Of a DNA stretch of 64,000 nucleotides, positions 37,038 to 47,219 are shown one piece after another (the first letter of the stretch is position 1; the number at the start of each line of letters is the position of its first letter). The notes under the pieces were generated by a model that made no database searches, had not been told where the DNA came from, and was given only the letters and a program-made list of their open reading frames with translations. This DNA is from a virus, in IMG/VR virus record IMGVR_UViG_3300045988_085064. The stretch is one strand, 5' to 3'. The position numbers and the translations under genes are program-made.

Positions 37038-37542
37038 TCATCACACTCCCTTTTTTTATTTGTGAGTAGGCTATAAGGATTCCTTCTGCGCAATCATCCT
37101 CATTCTTTTTGCTACTTGGGGCAACCCATGCCAATTCGAGGCCAAATTCTTCATTCGCCATCTCTATAGCTTTTTTCTTCAGAACATCTCTTTGTAAACC
37201 AGCTCTTGTACCATCAAAGAGATTAAGGTCGCCACGCCATTTACTTGGCATCAAGAAGCATGGCTTTATCTTGAAGCCAGCGCATAATGCTAATATCACA
37301 CCCTGTACTGCGCCCAATTTCTCTATGGTAGACGCGCCTTTCTTTAATGGTACTTCTTCAGCATAGAGAATTGTCGGTTTATACTGTTTAAATATACTTG
37401 ACAATTCCATAGTAAGCCCCATTACCCTATCGTGCCAATCATCGCCCTTTGGCTTAATTGTACCATATGCAATGAGTTCTCCATTATCAAATATGGACCA
37501 TCCTGTAGAAGATGTGCTAGCGTCCAATCCGGCTATAATCAT
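37021..37542 (-). CDS. RuvC-like Holliday-junction resolvase
   Basis: MIIAGLDASTSSTGWSIF (catalytic Asp) and ILYAEEVP (catalytic Glu). 173 aa. Its 3' end overlaps the TMP start by 17 nt. Confidence 0.65.
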   Translation of the reverse strand: MIIAGLDASTSSTGWSIFDNGELIAYGTIKPKGDDWHDRVMGLTMELSSIFKQYKPTILYAEEVPLKKGASTIEKLGAVQGVILALCAGFKIKPCFLMPSKWRGDLNLFDGTRAGLQRDVLKKKAIEMANEEFGLELAWVAPSSKKNEDDCAEGILIAYSQIKKGSVMNGWNK

Positions 37543-37545
37543 ACA

Positions 37546-38103
37546 TCAATTCTCTGTGACTTGAATAGCCGTATTATGCATTTGTACTGTAAGCCCAGCC
37601 ATCTCAAGCCCCTCTTTCATCCATTGTTTAACCTTACGTCTTCCAATACGCTCGTTAAGCTCTTTCCAAGCGTTCCTTGCCTTTTGCCAATATCCATTGC
37701 CAAACGCATCACCAGCACCGCCGCAACCGTTCATATGATAAATAATGTCAGCCAAATATGATCTTGCATCTTCGCCTTCATATGGGCTTGCAACACCTAT
37801 ATGTTGCCCAAAATTATCATCACCAAGAATCATGCTACCTACAGACATTGAATTTGGATTGTAATAAAATTCGCTTCGTGCATCATGCCCATGCGTCAAA
37901 TTATGCTTTCCTTGAGTATAATTCCAAGCATTCAAAAACCCGTATGTTCTTTTATATTCTTGAGGCAACCCGGTCTCATATACCACGACACGAACAATTT
38001 CACGGTTCTCATTCCATATTTTTTGAATGACATAATCACAGGCTTTTTGAATAGCAGGCTGAAGAAGACTCTTCAACTCATCTTTACTTTTTGCTTGTGG
38101 CAC
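37546..38103 (-). CDS. Hypothetical protein; candidate -1 frameshift extension (T) of the tail chaperone
   Basis: Its GTG start overlaps the last 20 nt of the chaperone gene in the -1 frame. CAAAAAG lies just before the chaperone stop. Confidence 0.35.
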   Translation of the reverse strand: MPQAKSKDELKSLLQPAIQKACDYVIQKIWNENREIVRVVVYETGLPQEYKRTYGFLNAWNYTQGKHNLTHGHDARSEFYYNPNSMSVGSMILGDDNFGQHIGVASPYEGEDARSYLADIIYHMNGCGGAGDAFGNGYWQKARNAWKELNERIGRRKVKQWMKEGLEMAGLTVQMHNTAIQVTEN

Positions 38104-38473
38104 TCTTCATCACCGCATCGACCTTCTTATTGAATTCAGGGATTTCCTTAGCAAGTTGTAGCAAAATACGAACTGGCGATTCCTCATATTTAAGAGCGTC
38201 TTCAATCTGAATATAATTCTTAATGTGTTGTTCTACATCTGGAATCAATCCAATTGTCAGCCAATAATCATGGTTGTGCGCGTCTAGTTCCTCTTTAGAG
38301 ATATCCGTAGCAAATGCAAGAACCAACATATCGATACACTGCTGTCTATCTGCCCAAGATTCAAATTGCCGCGCTTGATTAACAATGCTCTGAATCTGTG
38401 CATATGTTAAATACTGATTGACGTTAATGTTATAATCGCCAAGATGAATCTTAATTGTTTCAAGTTTCTCCAT
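38084..38473 (-). CDS. Tail assembly chaperone (gpG-like)
   Basis: 129 aa, acidic and helical. Lies between the major tail gene and the TMP. Confidence 0.4.
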   Translation of the reverse strand: MEKLETIKIHLGDYNINVNQYLTYAQIQSIVNQARQFESWADRQQCIDMLVLAFATDISKEELDAHNHDYWLTIGLIPDVEQHIKNYIQIEDALKYEESPVRILLQLAKEIPEFNKKVDAVMKSATSKK

Positions 38474-38783
38474 TTTCTTTATTCTCCTTTACTACCTTAT
38501 AATTTCCTTTATATTTCCTTAGTTGTACATTCTCCGGAATGTAATCGTATGGGTTTTCTACCTTGATAATTTGATTGCCAACTTGTACATATAGATAGCC
38601 ATGCCGCGCCATCTTGACATTACCCTGTCTCCTACGAATTGGACAATTTAACATAGCGTCTAATTGCTTCCAAATTTGAAGTTTGGCGCATCTATATACA
38701 TGGGGACAAATTGGAGCGCCTTCTTGCTTGGTGCATTTACAAAAATCCATATATGCACCTACTTTGCAATATGGACAATCCAT
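38460..38783 (-). CDS. Cys-rich hypothetical protein
   Basis: 107 aa. N-terminus MDCPYCKVGAYMDFCKC...CPHVYRC. Confidence 0.35.
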   Translation of the reverse strand: MDCPYCKVGAYMDFCKCTKQEGAPICPHVYRCAKLQIWKQLDAMLNCPIRRRQGNVKMARHGYLYVQVGNQIIKVENPYDYIPENVQLRKYKGNYKVVKENKENGET

Positions 38784-38851
38784 AAATATCGCCTCCGTAA
38801 TAAAATGGGGTAGCCGAAACTACCCCATTATTTTAATTTATTTAATTGTAA

Positions 38852-39919
38852 TTAAGCTGGCGTGACGTTAGCATAACCAACCTTATCGGTAGGCTTGCCA
38901 GCAGCGTCTTTTAGAGTTGCAGAAATAACAGTGACCCCAGTGCCATCTGCCTTAGTGACAACGCCAGTGCTTGCATCAACAGTTGCAGAAGTGCCAGATT
39001 CAACCGCAAAAGTAAAGTTGCTATTGTCCATCAGACGAGAAGCAACAGAACCGCCGAAGACGGCGTAAACCTGAAGAGCTTCGGAAGTAGCACCGATCTC
39101 AAGGTCTGCATTACCAATAGCAATAGCTTTAACTTCATCCTGCCACTTAGTGCCAAAGATTTCCTGAGTCATAGTACCGTAAATGGAGTTCTCCTCGCAG
39201 GATAGTTCATCGTCAACTGCTAGAGCAGAGCCATTCAGAGAAACGGTTGCCGCAGAAGTAGCAGACCATGCTAGATTCTGTTCACCAGAAAGCTGGAACT
39301 GAGGAATATCAGTAATGAGACGGCCATACTTGGAAGTAGAAGCGGCAACATTAGCAACATCACCAGAGTATAGGTCGTTAATCAGAACAAGGTGCAGGGT
39401 CTTAGGCACATACTGAGCCTTAATAGTGATAGACTTAGCATTTAGATTCTGATAGAAATACTTAACGCAGTAATGGTCGCCAACAACTGCGCCAGGGACA
39501 GTAATTGCATTTTGAGAAACAGATGCAACAGTCCAATCATCATCTGCTGGCTTTTTGTACCATGCGAGAATGGAACCGTCAAATGCTACAGCAGTCTCGG
39601 TCAGAGCAATCTTGCCACCAGCCGCAACAGTTTCACCAGCCTTTGCAGACTCATACAAGGATAGTCCACCCTGCTCAACATCAACACCTAGAGATGCAGC
39701 AACATACTGGAGGTTGAACATTGCATCAGTGATGGAAATGTTCAGAGAAGAATCGTGGAAATACTTACCGTATAGAAGATTACCAGGGCCGCCACGGACT
39801 TCTTCACCAGTGATTGTAGAATCAAACGTACTATCGGATAGGGTGCGACCAACACCAATTAGTTGCTGGCCGTAGAAGAATAGTGCTCTTGCAGGGCCAG
39901 CCGTAAAAATATTAGCCAT
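38852..39919 (-). CDS. Major tail (tube) protein candidate with C-terminal Ig-like domain
   Basis: 355 aa. Composition looks like a highly expressed gene. C-terminal Big_2-like ...TVDASTGVVTKADGTGVTVISATLKDAAGKPTD. Lies upstream of the chaperone and TMP. Confidence 0.45.
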   Translation of the reverse strand: MANIFTAGPARALFFYGQQLIGVGRTLSDSTFDSTITGEEVRGGPGNLLYGKYFHDSSLNISITDAMFNLQYVAASLGVDVEQGGLSLYESAKAGETVAAGGKIALTETAVAFDGSILAWYKKPADDDWTVASVSQNAITVPGAVVGDHYCVKYFYQNLNAKSITIKAQYVPKTLHLVLINDLYSGDVANVAASTSKYGRLITDIPQFQLSGEQNLAWSATSAATVSLNGSALAVDDELSCEENSIYGTMTQEIFGTKWQDEVKAIAIGNADLEIGATSEALQVYAVFGGSVASRLMDNSNFTFAVESGTSATVDASTGVVTKADGTGVTVISATLKDAAGKPTDKVGYANVTPA

Positions 39920-39936
39920 ATATTTTCATTTCCTCC

Positions 39937-40797
39937 TCAATCATTTTGAGTTGTATTCATATTATACATAGCATCTAAAGCTGCCCCATCTTGAGGCACA
40001 TTCTTCGATGCTCTAAATTTTCCATCAGCGACTTTACCATCACCGCCCATAGATTTATTATAATCCTCAATCGTCATGATATAATCGCTATATTTGTCTT
40101 TCTTCTTCTTATAAATCCATTCTATTTCATTTGCTTTACCAGCATATAGAGCAATTGGTCGAGTTGTAGTATAATTGATTTCTGCCACGCATTCTTCAAA
40201 TAATGATTCATGCGCTCTCATAGTCATAGCCATCTGATCCTTTTTAGATAAACCGCAATGCGCCGTTATAATAGACATTTTACGTTCGATAGACGGTAGT
40301 TCGATATCCCTTAACCGTAGCTTATCAGTTTCCTCTATTGATTTTTTTAAGTCAGGATCAATATATTCATCTGTGTACCCTAGTAAATTTTGATATAATA
40401 TAATACGTTTAATATCATCAAAATCCTTAGCAGATATGATATCGCTGTTGTCAGTATTTATGATAAATGGTTTATTCGTGCTATCAAAGCTAACGCTCCA
40501 ATTATCCCATTTTAAACACAACGACATTATATTACGAACCTTATCTGCCATCGCCTCGTTTTTATCTATCTGTAAGATGACGCCCATAAGAAATTCTAGA
40601 TAGGACATCTGTATAATTTCAACAGATGAAGACGAATTTTTATCAAATTGCAATATATCTACACTCGACATAAATATTTCATAATCAGAAACAAACACAG
40701 GATATATAGGTATCGTCTTTTTTTTGCGAGTTATATATAAAACTGGCTTATCAAAATAGAAATACGCCTTTTCCAAAAATGCAATGTCAACGGCCAC
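39937..40797 (-). CDS. Hypothetical head-tail/tail protein
   Basis: ORF with GTG 40797 6 nt after GAGGAGG. Called by position only. Confidence 0.3.
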   Translation of the reverse strand: MAVDIAFLEKAYFYFDKPVLYITRKKKTIPIYPVFVSDYEIFMSSVDILQFDKNSSSSVEIIQMSYLEFLMGVILQIDKNEAMADKVRNIMSLCLKWDNWSVSFDSTNKPFIINTDNSDIISAKDFDDIKRIILYQNLLGYTDEYIDPDLKKSIEETDKLRLRDIELPSIERKMSIITAHCGLSKKDQMAMTMRAHESLFEECVAEINYTTTRPIALYAGKANEIEWIYKKKKDKYSDYIMTIEDYNKSMGGDGKVADGKFRASKNVPQDGAALDAMYNMNTTQND

Positions 40798-41365
40798 AGC
40801 CAACCTCCTCGCCAGTGTCGCCTACGTTGACTGCCATATATAACTGTACTCCTGTAAAAGTCTTGTTGTTACCAATGATTGAACGTGCCGCGCTATATCG
40901 GCTCATATCATCCAAGAATGTCAGCTTGCCTACCCCGCCGACCTCTACTCCATTCAATAGAGTAAGGATGCAATGGATAAATAAATCACCGCGATTGACA
41001 GGAACACCATTATATTCAACTAGGCTCATTTGACCGCCATATAGACAATCGAACGCATAGACTACTGTGCTAGTATACAGCTCAGAGGCATGGATATAAT
41101 ATTGATATATCTTAACAATCTGCTTAGATTCAGCCATAGCGTCCTCAATTAGATTAGTTAAAAATACACTATATGTGTCCTGCTTGCCCTGCGCCCATAC
41201 TAACTTCATCTTCTGTTGAAATGTAAGCGGCTCATGGCTCAATGTCTTGTAGTCCTTATATGCTAGCATTTTCCAAAAAACATCAGCAATAGGGTCGGTC
41301 GATTTTGCTAGATATACCATAATATTATATGGTATTGTCGGTAAACGACTTAATGAATTATACAT
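40787..41365 (-). CDS. Hypothetical head-tail/tail protein
   Basis: 192-aa ORF. Called by position only. Confidence 0.3.
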   Translation of the reverse strand: MYNSLSRLPTIPYNIMVYLAKSTDPIADVFWKMLAYKDYKTLSHEPLTFQQKMKLVWAQGKQDTYSVFLTNLIEDAMAESKQIVKIYQYYIHASELYTSTVVYAFDCLYGGQMSLVEYNGVPVNRGDLFIHCILTLLNGVEVGGVGKLTFLDDMSRYSAARSIIGNNKTFTGVQLYMAVNVGDTGEEVGCGR

Positions 41366-41379
41366 CTAACCGCCCTCCT

Positions 41380-42132
41380 TTAGCCCATTGGAAATGGCTC
41401 GTTTTCATCCATTGGATAATCAATAGAGCTGTTATCCGCAAGCTGATTAACGAGGTCATCACCAGCATGAGCCTCATCAAAATATAGCTCAAGAGTAAGT
41501 AGCGTCGGCTTGTTATCGCCATATGCGTTGATTGCATTTTGATAAGCCAACAGCTTGAATGGTCTGCCACCTAAAATATATCTGGTATTTAACTTAAATA
41601 GCCTATATACGTCCTCATTACCCTGAACCATAACAACGGCATGATTGTTTGGCGTAATAATAGGCGTACTTACCTTTGCTGATGGTGATTGCGTATTATA
41701 TTCAATAACGCATGGTGCGCTAAAGATTACGTCATTGACCCCATCTTTAATCCGCATCACATTATTGCAACGGCGCACACCAACACCACGGGGCAAGCCA
41801 TCAAATTTACCTGAATCGTGGACAATCCACACATTATTATCGAACTTGTAATACAGTCCACGCACAACAAAATGGTCAATATCTCTAAATATTAGCTGTA
41901 AAAAATCAATCGTATCTTTTTGTCCGGTCGATGTAGTTGCCACAGTAGGAGCAACCCATGCCTCTACAACATTATATTCATTAGACCCTATTCCATTTTG
42001 TTCTAACAATTCACCGCCATTCTCAGGTGTTTTAGCAGACGTGTTATCCCACTGCGCGTTTATATATTCCTGTGTCAAATCGCGGTAATAATCATTGGGG
42101 TTTGATTGATATTGAAACATCTCATATACCAT
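41380..42132 (-). CDS. Hypothetical head-tail/tail protein
   Basis: Start moved to ATG 42132 (MVYEMFQYQ), after an SD-like GAAAGGATGGGTGA. Called by position only. Confidence 0.3.
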   Translation of the reverse strand: MVYEMFQYQSNPNDYYRDLTQEYINAQWDNTSAKTPENGGELLEQNGIGSNEYNVVEAWVAPTVATTSTGQKDTIDFLQLIFRDIDHFVVRGLYYKFDNNVWIVHDSGKFDGLPRGVGVRRCNNVMRIKDGVNDVIFSAPCVIEYNTQSPSAKVSTPIITPNNHAVVMVQGNEDVYRLFKLNTRYILGGRPFKLLAYQNAINAYGDNKPTLLTLELYFDEAHAGDDLVNQLADNSSIDYPMDENEPFPMG

Positions 42133-42133
42133 A

Positions 42134-42400
42134 TCAATCACCCATCCTTTCAATCCTGTTCGTCATGCGTAGTACGCATGAACGAATAATAGGATGAGTA
42201 AGCTCAAGCCCCATCTTACTTAGTCCTGCTAATGTATCAGCGATTTCACCATCAACCGCCCTAAATCGCACAGATAGCCGCTTACAATATGCTGTATAGT
42301 CGGCTTCTTCGATTGTTGGCTCAAGACTGGTCAAATCTTCAAACAGCAACAAGACTTTATATAAAGCATGAATTTTATCTCGTTTATCTGTTCTACTCAT
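42134..42400 (-). CDS. Hypothetical protein
   Basis: 88-aa ORF in the head-tail joining region. Confidence 0.3.
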   Translation of the reverse strand: MSRTDKRDKIHALYKVLLLFEDLTSLEPTIEEADYTAYCKRLSVRFRAVDGEIADTLAGLSKMGLELTHPIIRSCVLRMTNRIERMGD

Positions 42401-42414
42401 ATATCCACCCCTCT

Positions 42415-42855
42415 TTAATAATTATAGGAGGATAGATATAAGAGCTGGTATTTATCATGAATGAGCCTATCTACATCTTCTTCTAGCTTATCAATGACGT
42501 TCTGTTTTTCTTTGAAATTCTGTGAGGATACGCCATCCATCTGAAAAGAGGATGGAACTTTAAGTTTTTGTGCAATCTGTGTTGCTACGTCCGTCTCGCC
42601 GCGCCACCAGTAAATTACCCAATATTCGGCAAGAATCTGAATCTCTAAATTTGTTAAATCTTCGTCAAATTGTCTAAGCTCTGAATCATATGTTAATGGT
42701 TGCTCACATTCTATAAACTTCGCGGCTGAACTAATGACCCATCCATCAATCTTGTCATGAAATAAGGCGATATTCGCGTCATATAGCTTGCGCAGTTTAT
42801 AGTCATCAATTACACTTAATGCTCTTTGCCCAATAACATCAAATGATGTTGCCAT
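42415..42855 (-). CDS. Head-tail connector/adaptor candidate
   Basis: 146 aa. Size and position after the capsid genes resemble gp6/gp15-type adaptors. No motif verified. Confidence 0.3.
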   Translation of the reverse strand: MATSFDVIGQRALSVIDDYKLRKLYDANIALFHDKIDGWVISSAAKFIECEQPLTYDSELRQFDEDLTNLEIQILAEYWVIYWWRGETDVATQIAQKLKVPSSFQMDGVSSQNFKEKQNVIDKLEEDVDRLIHDKYQLLYLSSYNY

Positions 42856-42861
42856 AATTTA

Positions 42862-43509
42862 TCACTCCTCTTCGAGGGGTTCAATATCAATTAGATTTTT
42901 ACCACTAAGCTCACCAAGTTTTACTAGAACATTGGCGTCAACGTGCTTTCCGTCCATAACTGAATTTGCAATCATATCTGTAATAATTTTCTTCTGTTGA
43001 TCTGAACATTGTTTGTAAATTTCACAAATATCATCCACATTCTTAGTAAGAAGGTTTTTTAGTTGCTCATCACTTAGAATATTACGATAAATTTCATCCA
43101 AATCACAATCATCAACGAATTTTTTGTCTGCAATATATACCATGCCGCTAGATATAGTTTCTGGCATATTATTAACAACAGCAAGTGCTTCAGACTCAGG
43201 AATCATTTTATATTTAAATTGTCCTTCAATTCTATGGAATCTAGTACCACGCAAATTCAAATTGCCAGAACACAGATTGATAAATTTAATATTGCGAATG
43301 GATTTTTCAGACTTCTGCTCATCTAATTTTTTACCATCTGCTTGAGCTTGCATGAGAACTTTCATCTGTACCATCATTTCAGACATCTGCTTCTGTTGTT
43401 CTGCAAGTTGTGCTCTTAGCTGTTCCTTTTCGGCATCAACGACAGGTGTTTCAGTCTGCTTGATTGTCTTGGTAGTCGTAGTGGATTTAGTGTTTGTAGT
43501 ATTTGCCAT
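42862..43509 (-). CDS. Hypothetical protein with N-terminal coiled coil
   Basis: 215 aa. Thr-rich N-terminus and a Gln/Met-rich coil. Confidence 0.3.
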   Translation of the reverse strand: MANTTNTKSTTTTKTIKQTETPVVDAEKEQLRAQLAEQQKQMSEMMVQMKVLMQAQADGKKLDEQKSEKSIRNIKFINLCSGNLNLRGTRFHRIEGQFKYKMIPESEALAVVNNMPETISSGMVYIADKKFVDDCDLDEIYRNILSDEQLKNLLTKNVDDICEIYKQCSDQQKKIITDMIANSVMDGKHVDANVLVKLGELSGKNLIDIEPLEEE

Positions 43510-43578
43510 TCCTTTTATTTTCCTTTCTAATTTCCAATTTTAAATAGAGAGGGGCTATTAACCCCTCTCAGAAAAATA

Positions 43579-44670
43579 TTATTCAGTGATGGTATAGCAA
43601 CCAGCAAACTGAGCACCAACAAATTCCATACCATAATTCTTACGCATGGTGAAATTCTGAGTAAGATCAGCATTCTCATAGAACTGGTTGCTATTGGTTA
43701 GAGTCGTAGACATTGCGCCCACAACTAGCTTGGAGCCAACAGGAGACACGACATATAGCTTATTGTCAGCAAGAGCTAGACCATAATCAGAGCCAGTTGG
43801 CATCTGGGGTAGCTCATAAAGAGCAAAGCCATAGAAATCACGGAGAACGTGAACAGCGCCACCATTGGCATCATAAGTGCCACGATAGCCCATAGTGCTA
43901 TCAGGTAGAACATTGGATAGAGCAGCAGCAGTACCCATGATAATTGGCTTAATGCCATTGTTATAAGCCTGAACGCGTTGTGCTAGAGCAATGAGCTTCT
44001 TGGCATCAAACGCAGCATTTTCAAGGAACGCCTGGGGATAAGATGCGCCAGCTAGACCAGCATCAAGAGCAGATACTGCCATCTTCTGCATATCAATCTC
44101 AATGGAAAGAACAATAGCGCGAACGAAATCAGCAATATCTTCCTTGCCAGCCATTACACGGTACATATCTACATAAGTAGTGATGATGCGCTCCTGCATA
44201 GGAATGATTACATCGCCAGCAAACTTTTTCTGACGGAAAGTGGTACGCTCACCGGTGCCGCCAGCAGATACAGTGTAAAGAGTACGAGGCAGAACCTTTA
44301 CCTTTACAATATCACCAATACCAGCCATCCGAAGATCAACAAATGGAGCAAGAGACTCAGTGACATATGCAGGAAGAACTGCATTAACTAATGCGTTGAT
44401 GACGGCGAAGTTTGCCCAGCGAACCATAGGATTGGCAGACCAAGCGTCGGTATTGTCAGCGTTACGAACACAATTAGAAAGACGCTCAACCTCTGCAAAA
44501 TATGCCGCATTGACCTTATCATGCTTTTCAGACAGAAGAATGCTAGAATCATAAGCCCCTAGCTTACGACCCTGCTCGACATCAGACTTGTGGAAATGAT
44601 AATCCATGAACTGCTCATAGAACTTAGTGTTGCCAGCAGAAAAAGCAACAATCTCTTTACTTAGATTCAT
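43579..44670 (-). CDS. Major capsid protein candidate
   Basis: 363 aa. Composition looks like a highly expressed gene. Lies after the scaffold-like gene and before the connector genes. Confidence 0.5.
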   Translation of the reverse strand: MNLSKEIVAFSAGNTKFYEQFMDYHFHKSDVEQGRKLGAYDSSILLSEKHDKVNAAYFAEVERLSNCVRNADNTDAWSANPMVRWANFAVINALVNAVLPAYVTESLAPFVDLRMAGIGDIVKVKVLPRTLYTVSAGGTGERTTFRQKKFAGDVIIPMQERIITTYVDMYRVMAGKEDIADFVRAIVLSIEIDMQKMAVSALDAGLAGASYPQAFLENAAFDAKKLIALAQRVQAYNNGIKPIIMGTAAALSNVLPDSTMGYRGTYDANGGAVHVLRDFYGFALYELPQMPTGSDYGLALADNKLYVVSPVGSKLVVGAMSTTLTNSNQFYENADLTQNFTMRKNYGMEFVGAQFAGCYTITE

Positions 44671-44705
44671 AATATATATCTCCTTTACTTATTTATTAAA
44701 TTTAA

Positions 44706-45227
44706 TTAGTTACGGGCGCACTTGAGAATCCAAGTAGGAACAGCTTCAATACCAATATCAACGGTATGCTCAGCCTCAATGGTAAAATAAGTACCAGAAG
44801 CAGGAGCACTAGCAGCTGCAACCAGACGGCCATCAGTACCAACAGAGGCAACAGTAGCACTGGCAACAGTCTTGGGGTCCTTAGAAACGGCAAACGCAGA
44901 AGCGGGAACCTCAATGAAAGTGCGGCCAGCAGTTAGACCCTTGATGGAAAATGCGCTGCCCTTGGGGTTATAGAAATAACGGGGGTCGCTCATCTCCTGC
45001 ATTTCAACAGTAGAGCCAACAGGAGGAATTTCGACAAGCCATAGATCGGTAGCATTAGCAACGGGTAGTGCGCAAGCAAATTCATAGCCGCCATCGGTCT
45101 TTAGACCAAGAGCGCCACGAGTAACAAACTGACCATTGTCTAGGTCAACAGTAGCAACGCCAGCACAGTTGATGGCGTCATTCTGCCAATCATCAAGAGT
45201 GCGGATAACAAAAGAGTGATTATTCAT
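44706..45227 (-). CDS. Head-associated protein (decoration/auxiliary?)
   Basis: 173 aa, between the scaffold-like and capsid genes, with composition similar to the capsid gene. Confidence 0.3.
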   Translation of the reverse strand: MNNHSFVIRTLDDWQNDAINCAGVATVDLDNGQFVTRGALGLKTDGGYEFACALPVANATDLWLVEIPPVGSTVEMQEMSDPRYFYNPKGSAFSIKGLTAGRTFIEVPASAFAVSKDPKTVASATVASVGTDGRLVAAASAPASGTYFTIEAEHTVDIGIEAVPTWILKCARN

Positions 45228-45262
45228 AATATATTTGTCTCCTTTTTAATCAATTTTAGTTT

Positions 45263-46762
45263 TTAGTCCCATAGACTAGTTCTTTTCTTGCCCTCGATTG
45301 GGGCCGCAAATGAAAACACGTCAGATTTTTCTTTCTTATTTACTTTCTTAGCCACAGAGAAACAACACGCTTTAACCTTATTGCTCCAAGCGTCAACTTC
45401 TTCAAACTTACATTCAAGACCCTCTTGACGAAGCTGCTTATATGCGTCATCCGCTAGATAATCCTTGCATTCTGTCATTACGGATTCTACACAAATAGCC
45501 TTTTCCTTGTCCTCTACATCTTTCTTAAACTGACGTAGCGTCTCAAGCTCAGAATTTTGACCCATGATGATATTGTCTCTATCTTCAATATCTTTTTCAA
45601 GTTGCGCAATACGAGCCTTCATTTCGTCCGCAGACATTTCTTCCTCATGCACATCATCGTCATGCTCGTCACAATCGTCACAGTTCGGTTCTTCCGCCTT
45701 AACCTCAATCTCTGGCTCGGCCATTTCTTCTTTCTTTTCTTCAAGAGTGGATTCAGCCTCAACCTCGGTAGCGGCAAGTTCTTTAATCTCTTCCATTTTA
45801 GCCTCCTCCTTTCTTTCAGAATCGTCATCAAGGTCTAACTTCTTATAGATAGCCTTAATTTTATTTACAACCTCAGTCTCATCATTCTGCTTTGCATATG
45901 CTAGCGCAGATGATAGAGCGTTTCGGTTATAGATGAATTTGTCACCATCAAGCATCATAACTGGGTACTTGAGGTGTTCAGATGGCACATCTTTCCAACC
46001 ATCTTCTACAAGTAGATATACAGATTTTACAAGTGTGTCACGATTCTTAGCTTCCATGATCTTATCTCTCATAGCTGCCTTGTCGTAATCGCCCCAATCA
46101 GCCGTAGACATGACTTCTTTTGACTTGTCAATCTTGTATGTTTTCTTTTCAGCCATTGATTGTTTCCTTTCTTCGACAAATTGCTTTAGATTAGATAGAG
46201 AATCAGATTTAGCAAAATAAGCATCCGCATCTTCAGTAGAAAATCTAACCATTTTAATATCTGCATCTGGGCAACTGCCGTTTATGGCCTTCCCAAGTAC
46301 AGTTAGCCCAAAAATGTCTAGCGCTACTACCTTGCCTTCATCCTCATCATTATCTGTTGTTACTGTCATTTCGACAGAGCTATTGCGAAGATTATCAAAC
46401 TCAAAGATATTGTTTAGTTCCTTGCTATAGTGTTTACTTACAACCGCATAAGCATATGCTTTAGTAACGCCATCTTCCTCAACAAACTCAATCTCTTGTT
46501 CGCGTGGAAAATAGCCATATTGAATTTCTGATGGTAGGTGCGTAGTTGCATCGCCATTCTGTATTTTCGCCACAAGCATATTGCCAAGAATAGATTGAGC
46601 GTCGCGCCGCAGTACATCATTGCTAATATCTAATTTATGTGAATTTGGCTTAGTGCTTAGAAAGCAACACTTAAACACAGTAAATTTATGCTCTGGATAA
46701 TTATCACACCATTCAGGATATTCAACAGCGTCTTCAAGCTGAAATTTTACATCTTTCTGCAA
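45263..46762 (-). CDS. Scaffold / prohead-maturation protein candidate
   Basis: TTG start after GAAGGAGGAAG. 499 aa with a long acidic coiled-coil C-terminal half (EE/KE-rich). Confidence 0.35.
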   Translation of the reverse strand: MQKDVKFQLEDAVEYPEWCDNYPEHKFTVFKCCFLSTKPNSHKLDISNDVLRRDAQSILGNMLVAKIQNGDATTHLPSEIQYGYFPREQEIEFVEEDGVTKAYAYAVVSKHYSKELNNIFEFDNLRNSSVEMTVTTDNDEDEGKVVALDIFGLTVLGKAINGSCPDADIKMVRFSTEDADAYFAKSDSLSNLKQFVEERKQSMAEKKTYKIDKSKEVMSTADWGDYDKAAMRDKIMEAKNRDTLVKSVYLLVEDGWKDVPSEHLKYPVMMLDGDKFIYNRNALSSALAYAKQNDETEVVNKIKAIYKKLDLDDDSERKEEAKMEEIKELAATEVEAESTLEEKKEEMAEPEIEVKAEEPNCDDCDEHDDDVHEEEMSADEMKARIAQLEKDIEDRDNIIMGQNSELETLRQFKKDVEDKEKAICVESVMTECKDYLADDAYKQLRQEGLECKFEEVDAWSNKVKACCFSVAKKVNKKEKSDVFSFAAPIEGKKRTSLWD

Positions 46763-46799
46763 TTATCTTCCTCCTTTCTTCAAGGATGGTAATATATGG

Positions 46800-47219
46800 T
46801 TAATTGACATCTTGTGAATCAACACCAGTATAGTCAACAGACCACGTTTTCATTTCCTCAATAAGCCCCTTAGTATAATGATTCTTTTGCAGCTTATTGA
46901 CATAAATATCCTCAATCTGTAGCATGTGCATCTTTTCATAATATGGTAGTGTCTTGGTGCCCATATATCTATAGAATATATTCTTAATTTCACCACGACA
47001 CGCCTCGGTTGTATATGCTACAGTTGCATCTAGCTTACTCTCAATTCTCTTGAGCGTCGCTTTGAGGGCATTTTGCTTTAATTTATCATCTTGTTCGCTC
47101 TGATATTTTTTTAGAGCATTCGCAATATATAGTTTAATAGGTTTGCAACATAGGGTAATAACCGCTGCCAAAGAAAGGATTGCTCCTAAAATTGCGGCAA
47201 TGTTCTTGACTGTTTCCAA
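46800..47219 (-). CDS. Membrane-anchored hypothetical protein
   Basis: TTG start. N-terminal TM IAAILGAILSLAAVITLCC. Confidence 0.35.
   Translation of the reverse strand: METVKNIAAILGAILSLAAVITLCCKPIKLYIANALKKYQSEQDDKLKQNALKATLKRIESKLDATVAYTTEACRGEIKNIFYRYMGTKTLPYYEKMHMLQIEDIYVNKLQKNHYTKGLIEEMKTWSVDYTGVDSQDVN

Noticed and set aside
44702-44914. 70-aa Leu/Pro/Arg-rich ORF overlapping the head-associated gene 44706-45227
   Set aside because: It is an alternative-frame shadow of a GC-richer, highly expressed-looking gene. It has no SD and an implausible composition.
45557-45848. Overlapping ORFs on both strands (45557-45838, 45564-45848 plus; 45619-45831 minus) inside the scaffold-like gene
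   Set aside because: They are generated by the purine-rich acidic (E/K) repeat region of the real gene. The alternative frames give Ser/Phe/Leu or Arg/Lys low-complexity strings.
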